A DNA stretch of 64,000 nt from Octopus sinensis (taxonomy: Eukaryota): positions 15,934,001 to 15,998,000 of the forward strand of contig NC_043001.1 in assembly GCF_006345805.1 (NCBI RefSeq). The letters run 5' to 3'. Positions 1 to 11,699 of the stretch are shown here, in pieces. The notes beneath the pieces were generated by a model. It did not search any database. It had not been told where the DNA came from and saw only the letters and a list, made by a program, of their open reading frames with translations. How positions within the stretch are numbered: the first letter of the stretch is position 1; every line of letters begins with the position of its first letter. Made by a program: the position numbers and the translations under genes.

Positions 1-131
1 TTTCTACAGCTGAGTGAACTGGAGCAACGTGAAATAAAGTGTCTTGCTCAAAAACACAACACGCAGCCCGGTTCGGGATTCGAGCTCACAACAACACGAT
101 CGTAAGCTCGACGCTCTAACCACTGAGCCAT
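1..131 (-). mobile_element. tRNA-derived SINE, family D (head and core), truncated by window edge
   Basis: Reverse complement has A-box TGGCTCAGTGG and B-box-like GCTCGAATCCC, followed by TTGAGCAAGACACTTTATTTCACGTTGCTCCAG as in the copies at 44790-45065 and 19.6-20.3 kb. Confidence 0.85.
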
Positions 132-249
132 GAATACATAATAACTATAACCACTGAGTACATAATAAATATACAAATTATATATGCGTATTCATTCATG
201 TAATCGCGTATGTACATGTTTGATCATCTGTGTGTATTCGTGTCTATAG

Positions 250-846
250 GTGTGTGTGTGTGTATGAATGACATAACTGTGTAAATATATATTAACGCAT
301 GTATGTGCGTATGTGTGTATGTATGTATGTATGTGTGTATGTATGTATGTATGTATGTATGTATGTATGTATGTATGTATGTATGTGGGATATTTGTATG
401 ACTTTATTTTTGTTCATTCAATATTTATATAGCTAGTTATTTACTTGTTTTCTTTTCTTTATTTAGAATTCTTCTTAGGAGGAAGGAAGTACTTTCTAAG
501 AAAGAACGCTCATTCACTGGAATTTGGATAACTACAACCAGAAGTATTACGCGTTGGACTTCAGGAAAGTCTTGCATGCTTTTGTAGTGTTCCAGATTGT
601 ATCTGTAGGCGGAGAAGTGTGTATGTATGTATGTATGTATGTATGTATGTATGTATGTATGTATGTATGTATGTATGTATGTATGCATGGATGTATGTAT
701 GTATGTATGTATGTATGTATGTATGTATGTATGTATGTATGTGTGAGTGTGTATATGTATATACGTTTCTTTGTGTGTCTGTGTATGTGTATATAAGTAT
801 ATATGTAAGTTGTATGTCTATATCTATCTATCTATCTATCTATCTG

Positions 847-937
<91 letters not shown>

Positions 938-1016
938 GTCTGTCTGTCTGTCTGTCTGTTTGCCTGTCTGTCTCTCTGTCTATCTATCTGTCTGTCTGTC
1001 TGTCTGTCGTCGTCTG

Positions 1017-1051
<35 letters not shown>

Positions 1052-1058
1052 GAGTACA

Positions 1059-1111
<53 letters not shown>

Positions 1112-1206
1112 CTCATATATATTCACATATATTACCGACATACACTCTCATGTGCTTGTGTGTGTGTGTGTGTGTGTGTATGTGTGTGTATGTGTGTTGT
1201 GTGTGT
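250..1206. repeat. Compound microsatellite block (TATG)n/(TATC)n/(TCTG)n/(TC)n/(TA)n/(TG)n
   Basis: Directly visible; accounts for the ORFs listed at 437-1208. Confidence 0.97.
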
Positions 1207-1581
1207 AAAACAAAGGAAAAATGCTTAAAATCCAAACGAACGCTTTTGAAACTTGCTGTAAGGGTCAAACCTGACTTACTAAACTGCCCGGTAAACGCCA
1301 TTGTATTTCGCGTAGTCTGCACATTTATATTCCGCTGCTTATCCATTTGTGAAGCTAGAATTTATACACTGAATAAATTCAGTATAAGATCTAAGATTAC
1401 AGAAAAAACCCAGAAAAGAATGGAAAATAAAAATGCAATTTAATCAGCTAACGCACGTTTCGGATCTGAACAAACTAATGAAAAAGTATAATTAGTAATC
1501 TCTTCTTTTGATTCCCCCTCTCTCTCTTCTGCATATTTATACATACATACATTTCATTCATTCATGCCATACATACATACA

Positions 1582-1617
<36 letters not shown>

Positions 1618-2070
1618 GTATATATATATATAAATATGTGTGTGTGTTGTGTGTGTGGTGTGTGTGTGTATGTGTTGTATGTGTGTTTGTGTGTGTAAAA
1701 CAAAGAAAAATGCTTAAAATCCAAACGAACGCTTTTGAAACTTGCTGTAAGGGTCAAACCTGACTTACTAAACTGCCCGGTAAACGCCATTGTATTTCGC
1801 GTAGTCTGCACATTTATATTCCGCTGCTTATCCATTTGTGAAGCTAGAATTTATACACTGAATAAATTCAGTATAAGATCTAAGATTACAGAAAAAACCC
1901 AGAAAAGAATGGAAAATAAAAATGCAATTTAATCAGCTAACGCACGTTTCGGATCTGAACAAACTAATGAAAAAGTATAATTAGTAATCTCTTCTTTATT
2001 CCCCCTCTCTCTCCTCTGCATATTTATACATACATACATTCATTCATTCATGCATACATACATACATACA
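1207..2070. repeat. Tandem duplication, period about 490 bp, with near-identical unique core of about 330 bp
   Basis: The core starting aaaacaaag(g/a)aaaaatgcttaaaatcc begins at 1207 and again at 1697; the units are separated by TA/TG microsatellite. Confidence 0.95.
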
Positions 2071-2078
2071 TATATATA

Positions 2079-2154
<76 letters not shown>

Positions 2155-2180
2155 ATATGTGTGTGTGTGTGTGTGTGTGT

Positions 2181-2400
2181 ATCATCGAAACGCAGAGTAG
2201 ATGAAACAGGAACAACTGAAGAAGGGGAAGATTCTTTACGTTGCGTGTCTCGTTTCTCTGTTTTATTCGTTGTTTGAAAAAAAGTTCGTTTTCTATGTTT
2301 TTGTTTTTGTTTTCGTTTCTCATTGTGGTCAACGTTTTTTTGATGTCATGTACCCATATATGCATGTATATATACATATATATGTGGGTATGTATATATA
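2181..2400 (+). mobile_element. Penelope-like terminal-repeat fragment carrying GAAACG...CTGAAGAAGGGG hammerhead half-motifs
   Basis: Homologous to 59217-59400 and to the minus-strand motif at 58861-58921; begins abruptly after a (GT)n tract. Confidence 0.6.
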
Positions 2401-2483
2401 TATGTATGGATATATGCATATATTTATATATTATTTATATTGTATTAATTTATATTATATTATATTATATTATATTATATATA

Positions 2484-2894
2484 TACTCTTTACTCTTTTA
2501 CTCTTTTACTTGTTTCAGTCATTTGACTGCGGCCATGCTGGAGCACCGCCTTTAGTCGAGCAAATCGACCCCGGGACTTATTCTATGTAAGCCCAGTACT
2601 TATTCTATCGGTCTCTTTTTGCCGAACCGCTAAGTGACAGGGACGTAAACACACCAGCATAGGTTGTCAAGCAATGCTAGGGGGACAAACACAGGTACAC
2701 AAACACACAAACATATATATATATACATATATACGACAGGCTTCTTTCAGTTTCTGTCTACCAAATCCACTCACAAGGCATTGGTCGGCCCGGGGCTATA
2801 GCAGAAGACACTTGCCCAAGATGCCACGCAGTGGGACTGAACCCGGAACCATGTGGTTGGTTAGCAAGCTACTTACCACACAGCCACTCCTGCG
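2484..2894 (-). mobile_element. SINE family A, full length
   Basis: Head GCAGGAGTGGCTG(T)GTGGTAAGTAGCTTGC with B-box-like GGTTCAGTCCC, internal TA/TG microsatellite and tail CCAGCATGGCCGCAGTCAAATGACTGAAACAAGTAAAAGAGTA; more than 15 copies in the window. Confidence 0.95.
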
Positions 2895-2895
2895 T

Positions 2896-2926
<31 letters not shown>

Positions 2927-3856
2927 TATATATATAATTATATATATATATATTGGCCTGCTCGCTTAGCCAGCGGGGTGGCGTCATTCGAAGGCTAAAA
3001 CAAGGCGAATGCATTGTGACCAGCGATGTGTAACATCTGATGGTCTGGTCGATCACGTGATATATATATCCCTCCTCCTCCTCCCCTTCCCCCTTCATAT
3101 TCCCCCTCCCCTTCCTATTCCCTCCTACTCATCTTCCTCCTCCTCTTCCTCCTCCTCCCCCTCTCTATTTAACTACTTAGAATATTACATCATTAGATGC
3201 AATGTGAAAACAGGTGAAACCTGTGCGGTGATTCTTTTTTTTAATGGAACCTCTTATTTTTTTTATTTTATTAGAAAACAATGTTTTAGATAAATGTTTT
3301 AATCGGTTCTAACTTTCCTTTCCCCAAAATAGTAAACTGGTCAAAATTCTCTTTGTCACTTAATGCAAGTATTTTCGAAAAACAACAATATATTTATCTA
3401 GTTTATTTTCTTGCATTTTGGTTAAAATGTAACTGATTAGAATAATTGTTTGTTTGAATGGAATATTATAAAAATAAGAAACAAGTGGACATTTTACCGG
3501 TGAGTGTGTTAAATTATAAGACAAAAACAAAATGACTCTCCCCAGACACAACAGAATATTATTGCTGTTTTGAACTAAAAACGTTTATACACAAGGAGAT
3601 TTTGTCAACTAACGTAATGTCATATATATATATGTACTATGAATGTTCAGTTGGTTTACAACTAAAGCTCCGGCTTGAAATGCAACAGGTTGTGTGATAT
3701 TGAGACTATCAGAAGCGGCTAGAAGTGGATTCTCCTTGAGCAGCTAGATATAGATTAAAGTAAAAACGATAAAAGAAAAAGGAAGTCTGGCATCACTCAA
3801 CAAGGAGATTTAATTTAGATAGAGAATAGAAACATGTTGAGCATATAAACGTATAG

Positions 3857-3950
3857 AGTCTTTTACAGCTGTTTCTGGAAAAGCCAAACATGTGACTCAT
3901 GATATTGAGTAAGGATTCCATAAGCTGAGTATGCCGTCATCAGGGAAGGG
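3857..3950 (-). ncRNA. Degenerate type I hammerhead-like motif with long stem II insert
   Basis: Minus strand reads CTGATGA-CGG...(about 55 nt)...CCA-GAAA-CAGCTG-T-A-AAAGAC. Stem III is the palindrome ACAGCTGT; stem I pairs poorly. Confidence 0.45.
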
Positions 3951-4464
3951 CAAGTGAGAAAGATGTAGAAAATATATCTACACACACATACACACACACT
4001 AGCACACCACATAAATATTATACATATGTAAACACAAGTATGTGAGCGTGTGCAATGAAAATTAACCGCAAGTAATAATTGCATAAAGACATATATTTAA
4101 GCAATTAAGGGAGATGAAGGTATATCAAATAACCCAACACAAACTCTGAATACCAAAAGAAAAAAAGAAACTGGGCAGACAAATCATTGAATGGCAACTG
4201 GTCCCAACTCCGAACGAATAAAACAAATAATCTAAAAACAAACAAAAAAATAAGCAGGAAGTATTTTCCCAAATTGACGAACCATTAACAAAAGATGTGT
4301 ATAGCTGAAGACAAGAGGATAGCAATCGTGGACTCATGTTTCTGCCTCAATAAGTATCATTAACTTAGCAATTGTTTTACCTTACCGTCATCAAATCACA
4401 ACACAAGCGCGTACACACATACATACGCATACGCACATATACATATATATATATATTAATATAT

Positions 4465-4507
<43 letters not shown>

Positions 4508-4748
4508 TACATCTGTATGGAGATATGTATTCAAACACACACATATATAAGCCCCCCCCCCCCCCGAAATGTGTATAAAATACTTCATAGTATACCAAAA
4601 TACCATACAAAGTTTTGCTTTTTGCTGAAATATCTTTGGTTTAACAAAAAACGTAAACTAGCGCCTAGCGGCAATTGCAAAGGACCCTGAGTGAAAAGGG
4701 GAGATAATCAGAAGCGTTTTACAACTTTGCTTTTTCTTCCTTCTAGAG

Positions 4749-6888
4749 CAGTGTTTCCCAATGTGAAGCGTGGGAAAATTGGGATGGGGCATGCGTTAGC
4801 GTGGGCTGTGACAATTTTTGCAAGTGACTTGAGCGCACACTTGTCGACCATAAGCCTATCTTTGGGCATTGAAATGAAAAAAACAAAACATCGCTATGCA
4901 ATATCTATACTTAAATCATGGGAATCGATGTAGCTATGACTAACCAGCAAACTGAGTGAGGCATCTGCATTTGTTAGGCATTGGTTTCTCTGTTTCAATA
5001 TCTGTTGTCCAAGAGAGCTATTGATTTATTTCCCTTCGTCTTATATGGTCGAATGTAGATTCAGTGCAGTCGACAATTTGCTGGAAGCTAAGAGAAACCG
5101 GCCTGGAATTACAAAACATGATGATTTACGGCTGAAGTTAACGAAATTGTATCCTCAAATCAAGGATCTGTGCCGTATGCACCAGGCACAGGGTTCTCAC
5201 TAAATGAGTTGTGGTATCCGCCAGCCAGGTAATTGAATTAAAAATCGTGTTTCTATATTATCAGGTCGTCCCATAAGTTCTGTCTGGATTTTGAATAAAG
5301 AAAACAAATGATCAAATGTTATATTTAATTGAAATTTAATCATCAATGTACTTTCCCTGATTATCTATGACTTCCTTCCATCTATTTACAAGCTTTTTTT
5401 ATCCCATCAATGTAAAACTCTTTTGGTTTCAAAGTGAAGAACTCTGAAATGTCAGTTTCGACCTCCTCCTGGCTTGTGAAAGTTATGTCCTCCAAATGAT
5501 TCTGTAAACTACGAAACAAATGGTAGTTTAAATGGTAGCAAGGTCGGGAGAAAAGGTGGATGAGGAATTTCTTCCCAAACAATCTCTTCGATCTTCTGTG
5601 AGATAATCTTTGCAGTGTGGGGTCGCACATTGTCCTGATGAAACATCACCCCTTTTCGATTCACTAAAGCTGTTCTATTTTTCTTTAAAACTTGGTTCAA
5701 ACGCTCTAATTGCTGACAGTAGACTTCAGCATTGATTGTTGCATTAGGTGGTAACAATTCAAAGTGAATTACTCCTTTGCAATCTCATCAGATAGAGAGA
5801 AGAAATTTTTTTCCATGAAGTTCCCTTCTCGGTTGTGGTTGAGCTTTTTCCTTTTACCAAGCCACTGTTTACGACATTTAACATTTCGATAGAAGATTCA
5901 TTTTTCGTCACCAGTCACAAGTCTATCCAAAAAGGGTGAATTGAGTTCGCGAGCATGGAGAGAAGAGCAGATGTCAATTCGGGATTTGCGGTTTCTTTCG
6001 GACAATTCATGAGGCACCCATTTTCCAAGTTTAGGAACCTTTCCAAGTTGTTGAAGATGACGATGAACAGTTGTATGGTTTGAACTAAGCTTTATTGCCA
6101 ATTCTTCAACTGATAATGCAGGATTTTCTTCAAGTAATGCCCCAAGGAGCTTATCATGAAACTCAACTGGACGTCTTGTTCGATCTTAATCTTCAAGGCT
6201 GAAATCTCCACTTCTGAATTTTGCAAACCATCTTCGGCAAGTTCTTTCATTCAAGCATTCTTTCCCATAAACTGAGTGTATGATTCGAGTCGCTTCGGCT
6301 GCAGAGTTTCCTTTTTTGTACTCATAAAGCATTATGTGCTTGAATGCTCTTTGGATGCTTCCATGTTAGAAAGGGTTTTAATCAAAGAAATTTTAATTCT
6401 ATTATTCAGTAAAATAATATTTAATTAGTTTAAATGTACACAAATGCATAAAAATAATATTAAATTCCATTAGACATTCTAAGATACTATTAAATTTCAT
6501 TCAATTTTAAAAAAGGTAAAATCGGACAGAACTTATGGGATGACCTGATAAAAAAAAAAAAACAATGTTGATGAGCACCAGATAAACAGGCTTGAAATGA
6601 CAAAACGATGATTTACGGCTGAAGCTAATGAAATTGTCTCCTCAAATCAAGGATCTGTGCCGTACGCACCAGGCACAAGATTCTCACTAAATCAGTTGAG
6701 GTATCTGTCAGTCAGGTAATTGAAATAAAAATCGTGTTTCTATATTAAAAAATAAAAATGCTGATGGGCAGCAGACATTTTGTTATTAAAAAGTGAGACA
6801 TTGGAAAATGTATTATTAGAAAAGCAGGGCACTGGAAAATTTGTTATTAAAAAATGGGGCTCCGGAAAAAAAAGGTTGGAAAATACTG
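4749..6888 (+). mobile_element. Non-autonomous hAT (Charlie/Buster-type) element with transposase C-terminal remnant, interrupted by a mariner
   Basis: Perfect 8-bp TSD TTCTAGAG at 4741-4748 and 6889-6896; TIRs CAGTGTTTCCCAA / TTGGAAAATACTG; ORF 5021-5203 (FPSSYMVECRFSAV...DLRLKLTKLYPQIKDLCRMHQAQGSH) resembles the Buster-type hAT C-terminus. Confidence 0.88.
5261..6548 (-). mobile_element. Full-length (about 1.29 kb) mariner element with disrupted transposase
   Basis: TIRs TCAGGTC(G/A)TCCCATAAGTTCTGTC at both ends with TA on each side; ORF fragments KLGKWVPHELS, FLDRLVTGDEK, MFHQDNVRPH, EEIPHPPF. Confidence 0.95.
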
Positions 6889-7077
6889 TTCTAGAGGTAA
6901 GAGGACAGCTAATAGCGCCTGCTTTTGTCTCAAAGAACGACATCAACAAAGGGTTACTTTATCCTTGACGCCAGCAAGATATAGGACTAAAAGATACCGT
7001 AAGAGAGAAGAGAGCATTCACGCTCTGGGATAGTCTAGAAATAGAGAGCTGAACAACATTGCGGAATGAAATACTCA

Positions 7078-7472
7078 TAGCACGCCGGGCGAAATGTCTA
7101 GCGGTATTTCCTCTGCCGCTACGTTCTGAGTTCAAAATCCGCCGAGGTCGACTTTGCCTTTCATCCTTTCGGGGTCGATAAATTAAGTACCAGTTACGCA
7201 CTGGGGTCGATGTAATCGACTTAATACCTATGTCTGTCCTTGTTTGTCCCCTCTGTGTTTAGCCCCTTGTGGGTAATAAAGAAATAGGTATTTCGTCTGC
7301 CGCTTCGTTCTGAGTTCAAATTCCGCCGAGGTCGACTTTGCCTTACATCCTTTCGGGGTCTTAATTAAATAAGTACCAGTTACGCACTGGGGTCGATGTA
7401 ATCGATTTAATCCCTTTGACTGTCCTCGTTTGTCCCCTCTATGTTTAGCCCCTTGTGGGCAATAAAGAAATA
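7078..7472 (+). mobile_element. SINE family B, head-to-tail dimer
   Basis: B-box GAGTTCAAA; tail AGCCCCTTGTGGG(T/C)AATAAAGAAATA joined directly to GGTATTTCGTCTGCC at 7286/7287. Confidence 0.9.
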
Positions 7473-7489
7473 AATATTTTCCTCTGCAT

Positions 7490-7895
7490 TTCCTTTCATC
7501 ATCATCATCGTCATCGTCGTCGTCGTCATCAGCATGACCACCTCTATCACCGCCACCACGTCGTCATCATCATCATCATCATCATCATCACCAGCAGCAT
7601 CACCATAATCAGTCAGCATCGTCATCAGCATGGCCGCCATTATCAGCACCACCACACCGTCGTCGTCGTTGTCATCGCCATCATCATCATCATCTGCGTG
7701 CATTTCTTTTCGTCTTCTGTAACCCCCTCTCTCTCTTCTCCTCTGCCGTACCTTTGCTGCTGTTGCTACCACTACAACTCCTACCACATCATAACCCCCC
7801 CCCCACCGCCACCAGCACCACCATCACCACCTCATCAACCGTCGCCGCCGTGGCTGCTATACAGCAACAACAACAATAACTACTACTACTACTTT

Positions 7896-7935
<40 letters not shown>

Positions 7936-8030
7936 GCTGCTGCTCTTACTACTACTACTACTACTACTACTTTTACTACTACTACTACTTTACTATACTA
8001 CTACTACTACTACTACTAATACTACTGCTA

Positions 8031-8096
<66 letters not shown>

Positions 8097-8850
8097 CGCC
8101 ACTACTGCTGCGGCTGCAGCCAGTGTTTCGTTGTTGTTATGAATTTCGTCCGTGCTAATCGCCCGCCACTCACCATATTTTTCTGCCTCTGAGTCCATTG
8201 GGCGGAAGTAAGGTCGGCTTCACTTCGAGTTTTCCCATTTAGAGACCCTCTCTAACCTGCCCCCCACCCCAAATCACTCCCTCCCCTACCATTCACCTTT
8301 CTTTTCTTTGAGATTTAAGTCTCCCCTCATGGCCTCCAGCGATAACGTCCTTTCTGCGTCCCTTTCACTCTTTCTTCCTTTCTTTCTTTCTTTCCTTCCT
8401 TCTTTCTTTCTTTCCTTCTTTCAGCTTATATTTTTTCTTTCTTGTTTTCTTCGTCACATCATCCTCAATCACCACCACCACCACCTTCTTCTTCTTCTTC
8501 TCCTCCTCCTTCTTCTTCTTCTTCTCCTCCTCTTCTTCTTCTTCCTCCTCCTTCTTCTCTTCCTCCCTTCTTCTTCTTCTTCTTCTCCTCCTCCTTCTTC
8601 TTCTTCTTCGTCAATTCCTCATCATCATAATCACCATCACTGACACCGTCCCATCATCATCATCATCATCTTTTTTTCTTTATCCTCCTTTTCCTCCTCT
8701 TCTTCTTCTTCGTCCTCCTCCTTTTCCTCTTCTTCGTCTTCTTCTTCGTCTTCTTCTTCTTCTTCTTCTTCTTCTTCCTCTTCCTTTTCTTCTTCGTCTT
8801 CTTCTTCTTCTTCTTCTCCTCATCCTCCTCCTCCTCCTCCTCCCCACCAC
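7490..8850. repeat. Trinucleotide microsatellite and low-complexity block (CAT, CAC, CTA, CTT, CCT)
   Basis: Directly visible; yields poly-His, poly-Tyr, poly-Leu and poly-Lys ORFs. Confidence 0.95.
8168..8215 (-). promoter_or_regulatory. Candidate promoter and first exon ending ATG|GTGAGT
   Basis: Minus strand GAAAAATATG|GTGAGT (ATG at 8176-8174), with overlapping ATTGG, GGGCGG and CGGAAGT motifs at 8197-8209. Confidence 0.35.
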
Positions 8851-9106
8851 CGTTCAAATCCCTCCCTCTCCCCCGTCCCTTTTCCTTCTCTGTTTTGTTT
8901 CACTAGGGTTAACTTGACCCTCTTTCACTGAAGCTTCTTGTCGATTACATTTGACACATAGCACGTGTGACGGACCTGAACAGCTTCCGGTTGGCAAGTG
9001 GTGTGTTTGTGTGTATGTGTGTATGTGTGCAGGTGTATATATATATATATAAATACATATGTATAATATATATATATGTATGTGTATATATATATATTAT
9101 TATATA

Positions 9107-9150
<44 letters not shown>

Positions 9151-9442
9151 CATCTATGTATATATATATATATATATATATATACTATATATATATATAC
9201 ATCGTATGTGGTGCGTGTTAGAAAGAGAGTGGGAGAGGAGAAATCACGTGACCGTCCTTTAACCTGACATACTGACCTTTATTTTAATCACGTGGTATAT
9301 AGGTTTCGCCACTTTCTCTGCAGTCTTACCCCTCCCTTCACTTCCTTAAAATCCCTCATTTCATTCTTTTTCGTTTTTTGCCCTTTTTTTGTTGCTGATC
9401 TCTACTTGTTGATTCCACGTACATTGACTAAAAATATTCAAA

Positions 9443-9483
<41 letters not shown>

Positions 9484-9849
9484 CACATACACGTACTCAT
9501 GCCCACATTACGCTCTTCCATTCACATGCACATGTACATACACACACACAAATGTACACACACACTCACACGCATAAATAATGACATACACCCTTTTAAA
9601 CATACATAAACAAACCCACCTACGCAAAGCATACACACACACACATACACACACACATGCTCCACTCACATAAACAGATTCCGATTATTTTCTGTTTTGC
9701 TCATCGTTCTCAATCTTTAAAAGTTTGTTCCAATTGTTTTCAAATTTGATGTATTGATGTAGTTTTTAATGCTAATTATGGAAATGAAATTCACTTTTTG
9801 CCATAACTCATTAAATAACAAGTTAGTAGCTTTTAAAGTTTATAAATTT

Positions 9850-9968
9850 TTACTCTCTTTTACTTGTTTCAGTCATTTGACTGCGGTCATGCTGGAGCAC
9901 CGCGTTTAGTCGAGCAAATCGACCCCGGGACTTATTCTTTGTAAGCCTAGTACTTATTCTGTCAGTCT
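9850..9968 (-). mobile_element. SINE family A, 3' tail fragment
   Basis: Matches the family A tail. Confidence 0.9.
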
Positions 9969-10099
9969 CTTTTGGGTCTCACCCCCTTGAGACCCAACAA
10001 CACACTAGCTGAAAAATATAGAATACTACTTAAGTGATATAAACGTCCTAAATTCAGTGGTGGTGTTAATGAAGATGTTACGCGTTAATTCAACGTGTT

Positions 10100-10494
10100 G
10101 GAGTGGCTGTGTGGTAAGTAGCTTGCTTACCAACCACATGGCTCCGGGTTCAGCACCACTGCGTGGCACCTTGGGCAAATGTCTTCTACTATAGCCTCGG
10201 GCCGACCAAAGCCTTGTGAGTGTATTTGGTTGACGAAACTGAAAGAAGCCTGTCGTATATATGTATATGTATATATGTATGTGTGTACGTGTTTGTGTGT
10301 CTGTGTTCGTCCCCCCAACATCGCTTGACAACCGATGCTGGTGTGTTTACGTCCCCGTAACTTAGTGGTTCGACAAAAGAGAGCGGTAGAATAAGTACTA
10401 GGCTTACAAAGAATAAGTCCTGGGGTCGATTTGCTCAACTAAAGGCGGTGCTCCAGCATGGCCGCAGTCAAATGACTGAAGGAAGTAAAAGAGT
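10100..10494 (+). mobile_element. SINE family A
   Basis: Head-to-tail match to the other family A copies. Confidence 0.95.
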
Positions 10495-11270
10495 ATATTG
10501 AATTATACGTAGATATATACAAGATTTACACAGATATAAGAGTTAGAACTTGTGGTCCGCCCGAGAACCTTGTACATCACAAATTTTTGACCGCTGCACT
10601 AAAAAGTTCCCCCACTCCTGCTTTATTCAGAGCTTAATGTCAGTTTTTCATTCCGTAATATTTCGAAGAAAAAAAAAAAAAAAAAAAAAAGAAAAAGACT
10701 TTATTGAGGATTTTTCCTTCATGCCCGTTCCAACATTTTACATGACTTTATTCAGTAAAACTTATTTAAATTTCCGTCGTTGAATGTTCTGTCTAATTTG
10801 TCTTAGACATCTATCACGCACAAAATCCCAGCTTCCAAACCCTGTTTTCTGATTGGGTAAAAATAATCAAACTTTAAACTTCTATAATATTTCACATTTT
10901 TCCTGGAACAAGTGAATAACGAGATCAGATTCAATGTGAAAAATTACATCAGTATATCAAATTTGAAAATTTTCCCTTCATTTTTAAAATTTCAAAAGCC
11001 GTAAACTAAATAGAAAAGATCTCAAATTCTCTATATCGAAAGACTTAGTGGTATTTCGTCTGTTTTTACGTTCTGAGTTTTTCTTATCTTTTTTTTTTTC
11101 GAAAAATTACAGAAAGAGAAACTGAACATTAAACTCGGAATAAACCAGGGGTGGGGAAACTTTTTAGTGAGGGGCTAAAAATTTGTAATGAAAAAGGTTC
11201 GCGGGCGCACCACAGTTCTAACTCTTCTATCTGTGTAAGTCTTGTATATATCCATGTATAATTCGATATA
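10495..11270. mobile_element. Foldback or long-TIR element with imperfect inverted arms of about 200 bp
   Basis: 10495-10700 is the diverged reverse complement of 11080-11270; each arm contains a hAT-like end motif CAGG(G/A)GTGGGG...AACTTTTT. Confidence 0.7.
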
Positions 11271-11440
11271 GGCGTAAGAGTGGTGCGTGGTAAGTAGCTT
11301 GCTTACCAGTCACATGGTTCCGGGTTCAGTCCCACTGTGTGGCACCTTGGGCAAGTATCTACTATTATAGACTCGGGCCGACCAAAGTCTTGTGAGTGAA
11401 TTTGGTAGACGGAAACTAAAAGAAGCCCGTCGTATATATG

Positions 11441-11476
<36 letters not shown>

Positions 11477-11635
11477 CATGTGTGTATGTTTATGTATCTG
11501 TGTTTGTTCCCCCAACATCGCTTGACAACCGATGGTGGTGTGCTTATGTCCCCGTAACTTAGCGGTTCGGCAAAAGAGACCGATAGAATAAGTACTAGAC
11601 TTACGAAGAATAAATCCTGGGGTCGATTAGCTCAA
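11271..11635 (+). mobile_element. SINE family A
   Basis: Matches the family A pattern. Confidence 0.93.
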
Positions 11636-11699
11636 GCATACATATACTTACACACGCACATATACATACCCACGCACACATACACACATACGCTTGCAC

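Noticed and set aside
1280-1301. MAFTGQF resembling an FABP N-terminus
   Set aside because: Only seven residues; similarity stops immediately and the exon structure does not fit.
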